From Syntrophales bacterium (GTDB taxonomy: Bacteria > Desulfobacterota > Syntrophia > Syntrophales > UBA2210), in assembly GCA_963666365.2 (NCBI GenBank), contig CAXXNF010000002.1, forward strand, positions 320,001 to 384,000: a DNA stretch of 64,000 bases. The letters run 5' to 3'. Below are positions 40,095 to 49,306 of the stretch, one piece after another (positions within the stretch are counted from its first letter, which is position 1; every line of letters starts with the position of its first letter). The notes under the pieces were generated by a model. The model did no database searches. It saw only the letters and a list, made by a program, of their open reading frames with translations, and was not told where the DNA came from. Position numbers and translations under genes: made by a program.

Positions 40095-40415
40095 TGTACC
40101 CTCTCTTTGATGCAGTGTTGATCAAATGACTTTTATTTGTGAGGCTTTTTCGTTTGAATATCCGGTATTGCTAAGGCGATCATTTGAATCGATCGTTTTG
40201 ATTTATGGGCAATATTTGGTAATTACTATCATTTTTGCGTCCACGAGTCAAGGGTGAAAAGGGAAACGCTTAAAATGAGGCGTTATTTTGACACAGCACA
40301 TCACGGAAGAGGGGGAATGTTTGCTTTTACAAAAGCCGATTATATGCTAATGTCACGATCTCGCAAAGTGACGTGCACACTACAAGAGCAGACGTTGAAG
40401 GAGGAAAGAACGTGT

Positions 40416-40754
40416 ATGAAAAGACTATTTTTTTTAACCGCCGTGGTTGTAATGTGTGTGCTGATAAGTGGATATGCCTATGCAGATTGTCCGGACTCGA
40501 CCTACCATTGCTATCAAAATGAAGGAGAAGGAAGCCTGGTGGGGAACATACTGATGGGGAACTGCTGGAACTGGTTTCCTCCCGGGTGCCGTATTTGTGG
40601 AGGCAGCTATGCAGCGGCCACACAGAAATGCAACAGCACCTATCCCCAATGCAACGGGAACTGTTGGGCCTGTGTGCATTATGTCGACACGGGTAGTATG
40701 GCCTATTGTTATGATAAAGACGGTAACTGCAAGGGCTATGGTTGCGGGTGGTAG
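40416..40754 (+). CDS. Secreted cysteine-rich small protein (112 aa)
   Basis: AAGGAGG RBS; signal peptide ending AYA-D; 12 Cys in the mature part. Confidence 0.85.
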   Translation: MKRLFFLTAVVVMCVLISGYAYADCPDSTYHCYQNEGEGSLVGNILMGNCWNWFPPGCRICGGSYAAATQKCNSTYPQCNGNCWACVHYVDTGSMAYCYDKDGNCKGYGCGW

Positions 40755-40759
40755 CGTTT

Positions 40760-40855
40760 GAAAATTGCTGGGCCTGCGTTACTTATATGGATACCGGAGG
40801 GGTTGCGCACTGTTACGATTTGAATGGCACACTCCATTATCCAGGTGAAAAATAG
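40760..40855 (+). pseudogene. Orphan paralogous C-terminal fragment of the Cys-rich protein
   Basis: ENCWACVTYMDTGGVAHCYDLNGTLHYPGEK* aligns with GNCWACVHYVDTGSMAYCYDKDGNCKGYGCGW*. Confidence 0.75.
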
Positions 40856-40904
40856 AATTTATTGTGGGAGGGTGCATATTTGCAGGCTGTGAAGATGCGC
40901 ACAG

Positions 40905-41528
40905 TTACATGACCGCCTTCATGATATGCGCTTCGATCAGGTTTCTGAATTCTTCTCGGGAATGTTTTTTCAGGTTCCAACTTCGTAAGGGGTATATGGA
41001 TAATTCATAGACGATCATGTTGGCGGTAAATGAAGCGTCTTCAAAGTTGAACACTTCCTTTTCCTTTCCCCTTTTTAATATTTCTTCCACCTGTTTGACA
41101 AAATTGCTTTCTCTTTCCAGGATAATCTTGCGTAGTTTTTGGGGAAGAACTTTTGATTCCCGGTAGAGAAGAAGAATTTCGTTTCGGTATTTCGAGCCGA
41201 AGTTCAGCAGCTCGTTGATTACGATCCGCAGCTGCTTTCTGGGATCCTCGATGCTCATTATGCACTGGTTGTCGAAAAGTTTGATTTCCGGTTCGTGAAT
41301 CATCTCAAAGACTCGGAAGAGAATGTCCTCCTTGCTGTCGATGAAATAATAGAGATTGCTGATATCGATTCCCGTTGCCTTGGAGATTTCCCGCATTGAC
41401 GTCTGGGCGTAACCTTTCTTCGTGAAGAGTTTGGCCGCTTTTCTGACAATCTGAAGTTGTCGTTTATGAAAGAGGGGACTGTTTTTTCCTGAGGCACACC
41501 TCTCATTGGGCCCCTTCATTTTCGTCAT
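40905..41528 (-). CDS. TetR/AcrR family regulator (KstR2-like C-terminus)
   Basis: AAKLFTKKGYAQTSMREISKATGI..SNLYYF..SKEDIL. Confidence 0.93.
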   Translation of the reverse strand: MTKMKGPNERCASGKNSPLFHKRQLQIVRKAAKLFTKKGYAQTSMREISKATGIDISNLYYFIDSKEDILFRVFEMIHEPEIKLFDNQCIMSIEDPRKQLRIVINELLNFGSKYRNEILLLYRESKVLPQKLRKIILERESNFVKQVEEILKRGKEKEVFNFEDASFTANMIVYELSIYPLRSWNLKKHSREEFRNLIEAHIMKAVM

Positions 41529-41574
41529 TATAAAGCTAATTCCTTTATGCAAAATAAGTGAACATTTATAAAAA

Positions 41575-41627
41575 TGAAACCGGACTGTCAACGCAAATGG
41601 TAAATTATTCTTGACAGCGCACTGTTA
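41575..41627. promoter_or_regulatory. Two candidate TetR operators TGA(A/C)A(C/G)-N4-CTGT(C/T)A
   Basis: TGAAAC-cgga-CTGTCA (41575-41590) and TGACAG-cgca-CTGTTA (41612-41627); the second overlaps TTGACA. Confidence 0.45.
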
Positions 41628-41688
41628 TCATAATACAACGCCCGATGTAAACTTTAAATGTTGTGCACACAGGCAATCAGGAGATTAT

Positions 41689-43647
41689 ATGAAAACACTA
41701 GAACATTTGTCGGCCCCGATTCACATTAAGTCGCTTACTATTCCCAACCGGCTGGTTATGCCGCCAATGGGAACTGCATTGGGCAACACAGACAGCACCG
41801 TAAGCGAAGCGAATCTGGCTTATATAAAACGCCGGGCGCAGAGCGGGGCAGGTCTGATTATCACGGAGATCACGGAAGTTCATCCGCTGGGTCTTGCGTC
41901 ACCGCGGTGCATAGGCGTATGGGATGATAAATTTATTCCCGGGCTTCGCATGCTTGCCGATACGGTGCACGGTCAGGGCGGAAAGATTGCCATGCAGCTG
42001 CATCATACGGGACGTGAAAATTATATTTTATTGAGGAAGAAGAAGGCCGTCGGACCATCGGCCATTCCCAGTCTTGTATTCGGATTTCTCGGTCCGCCCC
42101 GCGAGATGACCCTTGAGGATATTCATGAGACCATTGCTGCCTTTGGTTCGGCCGCCAGGCGAGCGCGGGAAGCGGGATTCGATGCCGTGGAACTCCACGG
42201 CGCCCACGGCTATCTTCTCATGCAGTTTCTTTCCGCCCATTCCAACCAGAGGACTGATGCATACGGAGGGGATTTCAAGGGACGGTCGCGTTTCATGATC
42301 GACTGCCTGAGGGAAGCGCGGAAACAGGTTGGGAACGACTTCCCCATCTCGATCCGAATCTCCGGCGAGGAGTGCATCAAGGACGGATATACCATTGCCG
42401 ACATGCAGACGATCATTCCTGACCTGGTCGAAGCAGGCGCCGACATCATCAATGTCTCTTTTGGCACGCACGGCAGCCCGGAAATGAATAACGATACGCC
42501 GAACCCGAGCGCACCCGTTGAATATCAGTCGGGCTTCAAGGCACATCTGGCCCGCAAGGTCAAGGAGGTGACCACGGCGCCGGTCATTTCAGTGGGTCGT
42601 TACACGGATCCCTTCATAATGGATGAAGTGATTGCGCGGGGAGATGCCGATATGATTGCCGTGGCCCGTCAGCATCTGGCCGACCCCGATTTTTTCAAAA
42701 ATGCCCGGGAAGGTCATCCCGAAGATACGCTGGAATGTCTGGCCTGCAACCAGGGCTGTATCGAGCGCTTGGCGCTGGAGCAGATGCCCATTCGTTGCGC
42801 CATCAATCCGCAGACCGGGCAGGAGCTCATCTATCCTGAAGGTCCCGCAGCGGTCAGCCGAAAAGTCTGGGTGGTGGGCGCCGGTCCCGGAGGACTTACC
42901 GCTGCATTCGAGGCGGCGCGTCTCGGGCATAGTGTCACGCTGTTCGAAAAGGAAGGCGAAACAGGAGGACAACTGCGCTACGCAGAAAGAGCGCCCCATA
43001 AAGCCGTCTACGGCCGCTACATACGCACATTAACCGGCAAGTGCGCAAAAGCGGGTGTGGACATCAGGACAAACGCGGAAGTGACGGAAGCAATGATCGA
43101 GGCGGAAAAGCCCGATGTCGTCATTGTGGCAATCGGAGCGGACAAATCAACACTGCCCGTGAAGGGAATCAACGCTCCTCATGTCTGTGATGCCTGGCAG
43201 ATCCTGGAAGGGTCCGTTGCGCCTGGAGAACATGTCGTTGTCATAGGCGGAGGGCTTGTGGGGATGGAAACGGCCGATTATCTCCGCGAAAAAGGGGTGA
43301 AAGACATTACACTGGTAGAGATGCTGGAGGCCTCTCCGGTCCTGGCTATTTCCGCACACGGCTACATGCTTCATACGCGCCTGCGGGACGAGGGCGTGAA
43401 TCTGCTCTTCGGCGCCACGGTGAGAGAGATCGCAGAAAAGGGCGTGATCCTCAGCAAGGGGGGTGAAGAGATGCGGTGTGAGCCGGTCGATCAAGTGGTT
43501 GTCGCCGTCGGGGTGACCTCGCGGGACAGCTTGAAGGCAATGCTTAAGGAAAAAGGCTTGCGGCATTTTATTATCGGTGATGCCGATGTTCCCCGAAGAA
43601 TCATAGAAGCAACGACGGAAGGCGCCCAGGCCGCCTGGGATATCTGA
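41689..43647 (+). CDS. NADH:flavin oxidoreductase (OYE, 2,4-dienoyl-CoA reductase/BaiCD-like)
   Basis: NRLVMPPM, ELHGAHGYL, N.RTD.YGG, CLACNQGC....C.INP, VVGAGPGG. Confidence 0.93.
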   Translation: MKTLEHLSAPIHIKSLTIPNRLVMPPMGTALGNTDSTVSEANLAYIKRRAQSGAGLIITEITEVHPLGLASPRCIGVWDDKFIPGLRMLADTVHGQGGKIAMQLHHTGRENYILLRKKKAVGPSAIPSLVFGFLGPPREMTLEDIHETIAAFGSAARRAREAGFDAVELHGAHGYLLMQFLSAHSNQRTDAYGGDFKGRSRFMIDCLREARKQVGNDFPISIRISGEECIKDGYTIADMQTIIPDLVEAGADIINVSFGTHGSPEMNNDTPNPSAPVEYQSGFKAHLARKVKEVTTAPVISVGRYTDPFIMDEVIARGDADMIAVARQHLADPDFFKNAREGHPEDTLECLACNQGCIERLALEQMPIRCAINPQTGQELIYPEGPAAVSRKVWVVGAGPGGLTAAFEAARLGHSVTLFEKEGETGGQLRYAERAPHKAVYGRYIRTLTGKCAKAGVDIRTNAEVTEAMIEAEKPDVVIVAIGADKSTLPVKGINAPHVCDAWQILEGSVAPGEHVVVIGGGLVGMETADYLREKGVKDITLVEMLEASPVLAISAHGYMLHTRLRDEGVNLLFGATVREIAEKGVILSKGGEEMRCEPVDQVVVAVGVTSRDSLKAMLKEKGLRHFIIGDADVPRRIIEATTEGAQAAWDI

Positions 43648-43757
43648 ATATAATGCGCGTACCTCCCTATGCCTGCCGCATAGTGGAATTCTTTTTCCCT
43701 ATGCGGCAGGACCTCCAATCAGGGAGAGAAAAAGATTCCACGATATAAGGAGCGAAT

Positions 43758-44531
43758 ATGAAGATTAAGGATAAAGTGGTGGTAGTTACGGGTGGCGCAT
43801 CCGGCATCGGTCGGGGGTTCTGTTATCGCTTTGCCGCCGAGGGGCCAAAAGGCATAGTGGTATCCGATTATAACGGTGAAGGAGCGGCGAAAGTTGCCGC
43901 CGATATCGGCGGACTTGCCGTAACCGCAGACGTGGGGAAGGAAGCGGACATCAAGAAATTGGTAGAAATAACTACCGAACATTACGGTCCGATCGACCTG
44001 TTCTGCTCCAATGCAGGCATACCGGCACTCGGCGGTCCGGAGACGCCCGATGAAGAATGGCAGTGTGCATGGGATATCCATGTTATGGCGCATGTATATG
44101 CGGCCCGGGCGGTGCTGCCGTCGATGATCGAACGGGGCGGTGGCTACCTCCTTCAGACAGGTTCGGCCGGAGGGCTTCTCACCACCCTCGGCGCAGCGCC
44201 CTACACGGCCAGTAAACATGCTGCGGTCGGCTTCGCGGAATGGCTCTCCATTACCTATGCGAGCAAGGGAATCAAGGTCAGCTGCTTCTGTCCCCTGGGG
44301 GTAATAAGCGGTATGCTGAATGAAGAAACGGAAGGTGTGGGTTCATGGATCATGGAAACCGCCTTTACACCGGAAGAGGCTGCCGAATATGTCGTCCAGG
44401 GCCTGGATAGAGAAGAGTTTTTAATTCTGTCCCATCCACAAGTCGGCGAATATTTCCGGAACAAGGCCAACAACCATGAGCGCTGGCTCCGACACATGCG
44501 GGGTGTGCAGGCGGAGTATGTTGAGAAATAA
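43758..44531 (+). CDS. Short-chain dehydrogenase/reductase
   Basis: TGGASGIG, SNAG, YTASK. Confidence 0.93.
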   Translation: MKIKDKVVVVTGGASGIGRGFCYRFAAEGPKGIVVSDYNGEGAAKVAADIGGLAVTADVGKEADIKKLVEITTEHYGPIDLFCSNAGIPALGGPETPDEEWQCAWDIHVMAHVYAARAVLPSMIERGGGYLLQTGSAGGLLTTLGAAPYTASKHAAVGFAEWLSITYASKGIKVSCFCPLGVISGMLNEETEGVGSWIMETAFTPEEAAEYVVQGLDREEFLILSHPQVGEYFRNKANNHERWLRHMRGVQAEYVEK

Positions 44532-44552
44532 TCAGAGAGAAAGGAAACTACA

Positions 44553-45560
44553 ATGAAAGCAGCAGTAATGCATGGAGCGATGGATGTCAGAACGGACATC
44601 GTGCCTGATCCGGTACTGGAACCGCATGGAGTGATTATCAAGGTGAAGGCCTGCGGCATATGCGGATCTGACCTGCACGTGTATAAGCGAGACGAAAAAG
44701 GAAACATCTTCGGACACGAATTCAGTGGTGATGTGGTGGAAGTAGGCGCCCAGGTCAAGGATATTACGCCCGGCATGCGCGTAACAGCCGTGGGTTTCAA
44801 ACCCTGCGGCGAATGCTTCTGGTGTATGCAGGGTAAAGGTCACCGCTGCTCGAACATGGCCCTTCTCGGGTATCATTTTCCCGGCGCCATGGCGGAATAT
44901 GTGCATGTTCCTTTTGCCGCCATTGGAAGGACCGTATTTCCGCTTCCTGACGAATTATCCTATGAGGATGCAGCCTCGGTTGAACCTCTTTCCATTTCAT
45001 ATTTCTCCGTCAATCGGGCCCAGCCCAGGGAAAATGAATCCATCGCCGTCATCGGTCTGGGGGTAATCGGGCTCTATGCCGTGCAGGTGCTGAAAACCAT
45101 GGGTGTAGAAAAAATAGTGGCCAGTGGACGCCGACCGTCGCGCCTGGAAGCGGCAAAGATATGCGGCGCCGATGTGGTGATTGATGCGGCAAAAGAGGAT
45201 ATTGTTCCTGTAGCCATGGATGCTACGGCCAAGATGGGCGTCAATACGGTTATTGAATGCGCCGGCAAGCAGGAGACCTTCGACCAGGCAGTCGCCATTG
45301 CCCGCGGGGGAGGGAAGGTGATGCTGGTCGGCGTCTATGAAGAACCGCTCACCTGGGAGCCGGCGCCCGTCATAGCCAAAAATCTTTTACTTATCGGATG
45401 CCTGGGTGGCAATTTCCCGGCATCGATAGAGCTTCTCCGGAGTGGAAAGGTTGATGCCAAGCCGCTCATCACCCACAGGTTTTCCCTGGATCAGGCAGCC
45501 GAGGCTTTTAAGACGCAGCTTAGTGATCCGGACGCCATAAAGGTGATGTTTATCCCGTGA
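44553..45560 (+). CDS. Zn-dependent alcohol dehydrogenase (MDR)
   Basis: CGICGSD, GHEFSG, CGECFWC...C, GLGVIG. Confidence 0.93.
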   Translation: MKAAVMHGAMDVRTDIVPDPVLEPHGVIIKVKACGICGSDLHVYKRDEKGNIFGHEFSGDVVEVGAQVKDITPGMRVTAVGFKPCGECFWCMQGKGHRCSNMALLGYHFPGAMAEYVHVPFAAIGRTVFPLPDELSYEDAASVEPLSISYFSVNRAQPRENESIAVIGLGVIGLYAVQVLKTMGVEKIVASGRRPSRLEAAKICGADVVIDAAKEDIVPVAMDATAKMGVNTVIECAGKQETFDQAVAIARGGGKVMLVGVYEEPLTWEPAPVIAKNLLLIGCLGGNFPASIELLRSGKVDAKPLITHRFSLDQAAEAFKTQLSDPDAIKVMFIP

Positions 45561-45625
45561 GACCCCTGTCCAAAACGCCTCGCTCCGTCCTGAAAGAGGG
45601 AGAACGGGTTTAGAAAGAGGAACGG

Positions 45626-46264
45626 TTACGGTGACGTGACATGGGCGGCGACAGGAAGGTCGATGTCGCCGCTCAATGCAATTACGCGTCTGTATGCAGT
45701 AAACTCACTAGTGCAATCGGGCGGTGTAATGTGTGCGGTCAGTTCTTCTGCGCCAATGGGCAGGTGCAGGAAAAGGCGTTTTTCCAGGAGATAGGTATTT
45801 TTAAACATTTGAAGGATTAATTCGCGACGCTGTGGTTCCGTTCCATACCTTTCGATAATGTAGTCGCACCGTTCCTCGAGTGTGCAGATAGAATCGTGAG
45901 TGACCCGCTTGTCCGCATAGTTGACGACTTCCGCTTCTTCCGGGACGGGGGAATTAAAATATTTATTAAGGCGTACATGCTGGCCGATAATTCCCCCTGT
46001 TTCAGGATAGCCGAGATCTGAAATCAGTTTTGCTCCCGTAAAGGCGTGATTTTCACCGGTGGCAAAACTTATGATTTTTGTAATGTCGTGAAGTAATGCA
46101 GCGGCTCGAATCAGGTCGCGGTTCAGAGAGATGCCTTCACCGGAGAGAAGATCGGAAATGCAGGCGGCAACGCGGCACACCTGGATTGAATGAGCCACTA
46201 TGTGATCGGGCATCTCCATCCGATGCATGATGCGATAGCATTCGTCGATTGAGGGGATCTTCAT
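45626..46264 (-). CDS. HD domain phosphohydrolase
   Basis: HS..V, ALLHDI.K, ENHA, YADKR. Confidence 0.88.
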   Translation of the reverse strand: MKIPSIDECYRIMHRMEMPDHIVAHSIQVCRVAACISDLLSGEGISLNRDLIRAAALLHDITKIISFATGENHAFTGAKLISDLGYPETGGIIGQHVRLNKYFNSPVPEEAEVVNYADKRVTHDSICTLEERCDYIIERYGTEPQRRELILQMFKNTYLLEKRLFLHLPIGAEELTAHITPPDCTSEFTAYRRVIALSGDIDLPVAAHVTSP

Positions 46265-46395
46265 GACAGTGCCCTTTCCTTGCCATCACTTACTACCAGA
46301 GTGCACATCCAATTGCCAGCAGTTTGATATTTTTTCAGCGATTGCGTCAATTCCTGCTTGAAACAGCGGCATGGTCTTTTTATAATGCTCATATC

Positions 46396-46815
46396 ATGTC
46401 AATTGTCGGCGATATACACATGACCCCTATCGGATATGTCCGCACAGAAGAGAAGGAAATCCCTAAGTATTGGACCATATCCGATGTGGAGGGGAGACTC
46501 GTGATTGATGATACATACCGTGAAGGGCTTCAAAGTATCAAAAAAAATCAGCGCATCGACGTAGTCTTTTATTTTCATGAAAGCACATCCTTTGATCCCC
46601 CTCGACACCTTGCCCAACACCCACGGGGGAATGCGCGGAGTGAGAAACGGGGGGTATTCAGCACACGATCACCTATACGTCCCAATCCCATTGGGGTATC
46701 GACGGTAACCGTGACCGGCGTTGAGGGTGCTGTGGTGCATGTGAAGGGCCTTGATATGGTGGATGGAACCCCGATACTTGATATAAAACCATGCAAAGGG
46801 GATAGATGTGCATAA
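46396..46815 (+). CDS. TsaA/TrmO-like (UPF0066) SAM-binding protein
   Basis: PIGYV, GVFSTRSP.RPNPIG, GLD..DGTPILDIKP. Confidence 0.9.
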   Translation: MSIVGDIHMTPIGYVRTEEKEIPKYWTISDVEGRLVIDDTYREGLQSIKKNQRIDVVFYFHESTSFDPPRHLAQHPRGNARSEKRGVFSTRSPIRPNPIGVSTVTVTGVEGAVVHVKGLDMVDGTPILDIKPCKGDRCA

Positions 46816-46966
46816 AAAAGGGGGGGGATTTTATTTTTTGAATAAAATATTATTTGACTTCACAAAACAATTAATTTAGTATCGACTCCAGTTATGGACC
46901 TTCCTGGGGATCCAGAGGAAGCAGAGATAGAAAGTTGGGTTACGACATTTTGAAGGTAAGACGCAA

Positions 46967-47002
46967 GCCACCATACTCATGTGAGTCATGGTGGTTTTTT
47001 TT
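46967..47002 (+). terminator. Terminator-like hairpin in the csp 5' leader
   Basis: GCCACCAT-ACTC-atgt-GAGT-c-ATGGTGGT followed by a T run. Confidence 0.55.
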
Positions 47003-47057
47003 CTTTCTTTCAATTTGGTTCGGCTTAATAAAATTCTAGGGAAAGGAGGGCGCGATA

Positions 47058-47258
47058 ATGGCGGAAGGAACCGTAAAATGGTTCAATGAGAAAAAGGGCT
47101 TCGGGTTCATTCAGAAGGATGAAGGCGGCGATGTATTTGTTCACTACAGTGCGATCCAAAGCCAGGGATTCAAGACTCTGACCGAGAATCAGCGGGTAAG
47201 CTTTGATATCGAGCAGGGTCCCAAAGGGCCGGCGGCTGCGAATGTAAAAGTCCTGTAA
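47058..47258 (+). CDS. Cold-shock protein
   Basis: [33 protein letters not shown]. Confidence 0.97.
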   Translation: MAEGTVKWFNEKKGFGFIQKDEGGDVFVHYSAIQSQGFKTLTENQRVSFDIEQGPKGPAAANVKVL

Positions 47259-47274
47259 AGGATTGTGAAATAGT

Positions 47275-47321
47275 GAAGGGCGTTCAGAAATAACCTATCC
47301 GGTTACTGGACGCCCTTTTTT
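47275..47321 (+). terminator. Intrinsic terminator between csp and the convergent DnaJ-type gene
   Basis: AAGGGCGTTCAG...CTGGACGCCCTT followed by Ts. Confidence 0.7.
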
Positions 47322-47330
47322 CGTAGATTG

Positions 47331-48134
47331 CTACTTTACGAGAGACGCCAATACTCTCCGAATTTCCCCGAGGAGGGGTTTTTTAAGGTGTATCTTTAAA
47401 TAGAGATCGCCCGGCGCCCCGCCGGCCGTTCCTTCCTCTCCCATGCCGTTCAGCCGCAGCTGCTGACCATCTCCTACGCCGGTGGGAATCTTGATCATCA
47501 GCCGTTTGTTGCGCTTTTTCACGTGATACTCCATGGATGCCCCGTTCCGTGCCTGTTGAGGTGTGACATGGATAGTGTCGATAATATCTTTGCCCCCCTG
47601 TGGCAGTGTAATGCCGCTTATTTTTTCAAAGAGAAACCTGCCTACCTTTTCCACGCCTCCAAGGTGCGGGGGCTCGGAGGCGCGTGGCGTCGTCGCATTC
47701 CATTTTCCCGTGAATATGTATCCCCTGCCTGAAAATTGGGAATTGCCGAATGCAAAGGTCTGAAAACCCTGTGTCGATGAGTCTTTGAAAAGATCTTCAA
47801 ACCCCCGTATTCCAAAAGACTTGGCGAGTTCGTCGAAAATGCTGAAAATATCGGAACCGGTGTAGATGTCCTGTTCGGTATAGGATTGTCTGAAATGGTT
47901 ATAGGCGGAAGAGCCGAAGCTGCGCCTCATTGAGTCGTAGTCGCTCCGTTTTCTTGTATCGGACAATACGGCATAGGCTTCGTTGACGGCCTTCATCATT
48001 TCCGCTGCAGAGGGATTGCCTCCGTTCCGGTCGGGGTGATACTTCAAGGCCAGTTTACGATATGCCGATTTTATCTGCTCGGCTGTCGCCTCCTGGGTTA
48101 CACCGAGTGTGTGATAATAATCATTCTGTTCCAT
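47331..48134 (-). CDS. DnaJ-class (CbpA-like) J-domain protein
   Basis: DYY..LGV, KYHPDRN, NEAY.VLSD; C-terminal LRL.G.G..G..GG.PGDLYL; no Zn finger. Confidence 0.9.
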   Translation of the reverse strand: MEQNDYYHTLGVTQEATAEQIKSAYRKLALKYHPDRNGGNPSAAEMMKAVNEAYAVLSDTRKRSDYDSMRRSFGSSAYNHFRQSYTEQDIYTGSDIFSIFDELAKSFGIRGFEDLFKDSSTQGFQTFAFGNSQFSGRGYIFTGKWNATTPRASEPPHLGGVEKVGRFLFEKISGITLPQGGKDIIDTIHVTPQQARNGASMEYHVKKRNKRLMIKIPTGVGDGQQLRLNGMGEEGTAGGAPGDLYLKIHLKKPLLGEIRRVLASLVK

Positions 48135-48216
48135 GGGTTCCGCTTCTGAATGCAGATAAGGGGGTAGCATGCCACTGATGCACTATCCATGACGCCACCC
48201 CCTCATTCCTGATATA

Positions 48217-48531
48217 TCAACAACTGCAACTGCCGCCGCATCCGCCGGTCGATTGCAGATTTGAAGAAATCGAGTATCCCGAACCTCTCGGGGTATCAAT
48301 AAAATCGACTGTAACCGGGCTTATATCGCTAAGAAGTGAATTGTCGATGACAAACATCAATCCCTGCATGTTCAATACGTTATCGTTGTCCTGCGGCTCA
48401 TCCAGAGCCAGTGCCAGTGATGGACCGCCTCAACCCCCGGCATTGAGGTAGACGCGAACACAATGCTCTCCTTCTTTGTCCTTGAAATACTCAGACAGTG
48501 CGCCCAGCGCTTTTTCCGTGACTGTGAACAT
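48217..48531 (-). CDS. HesB/IscA-like selenoprotein (Sec at in-frame TGA 48432-48430)
   Basis: Own translation MFTVTEKALGALSEYFKDKEGEHCVRVYLNAGG-U-GGPSLALALDEPQDNDNVLNMQGLMFVIDNSLLSDISPVTVDFIDTPRGSGYSISSNLQSTGGCGGSCSC*; AGGAG RBS; SECIS-like hairpin after the TGA. Confidence 0.9.
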
Positions 48532-49306
48532 ATACATTCTCCTGTGATGTTTTACGCAGTACCTTTATGCGTTCGTGCCACTATAATAATAACGATCAGC
48601 AATATGTCAAACACGAAAGAATGGCACTTTTTGCCCATAGATGGTATACAGGCCAAGAATTCCACAGGAATTGGGCAGTGGGAACCGCCGGCTCCCATCG
48701 AATGGGCATGTTGAGGTATGGGTGGCGGTCCTGCCGTCCGAGGGGCCTAAGAGACAATAAATTTGATGAAGATGAGCGATAAGGAAACGAGTGCAAATTC
48801 ACTCCCCCTCGTTTCCGCAGTTCCTTGACAGTCTGAGAGCGGCCTTTATGATTTTTTTGCTCCTATGTTTTTTCGATATCTATGCATCACTGACGCGAGG
48901 AAAAGTACCTGGCGGCGAGGTTTGGCGATAGTAGTAATGATGAATTTACATGAATGGGGCGCCCCGCAGTCGCCCGTATTCGGGGGTGAGCGCCCGGAGT
49001 ATGTGGGGAGTCGCCATTTTAGTTCGGTATGTTAATGGTTTGATAACTCCGGGCGCCCCTTCGGAGTGATGAGTATTAGCCGCAGCGTACCAGATAGAAC
49101 TTCAAACGCAATATCTGATTATTACCTACAAAATATCGCTAAAAACCAGTAGCACACAGTATAACCGGGAAAATTTCATCGCTGTCCAGGTTCTGTGGCC
49201 CCTGTTGCAGTCCCCGCGCAACAAAAAGGTGGATCCGTTCGTTGGAATATCCGGGGCCGGCGATGATTTTCCCAGGCGATGCCACTCGTTAGCAGCAAGG
49301 CCGGCT

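Noticed and set aside
40752..40762. TAG readthrough (pyrrolysine) joining the Cys-rich gene to its downstream repeat
   Set aside because: The downstream fragment is in a different reading frame.
48217..48219. Second Sec at the terminal TGA of the HesB-like gene
   Set aside because: The CxSC-type ending is a normal family C-terminus, and I see no convincing SECIS after it.
48622..48636. Sigma-54 promoter TGGCAC...TTGC
   Set aside because: The spacing is 3 nt instead of the required 5 nt.
48779..48825. Cobalamin riboswitch-like AAGGAAAC-GAGTGCAAATTC
   Set aside because: It lacks the CCC-GCAACTGT and B12-box elements and has no suitable downstream gene; a simple hairpin explains it.
48895..48915. 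RNase P-like GAGGAAAAGTACC
   Set aside because: Imperfect match to GAGGAAAGTCC, and no matching 3' P4 strand found.
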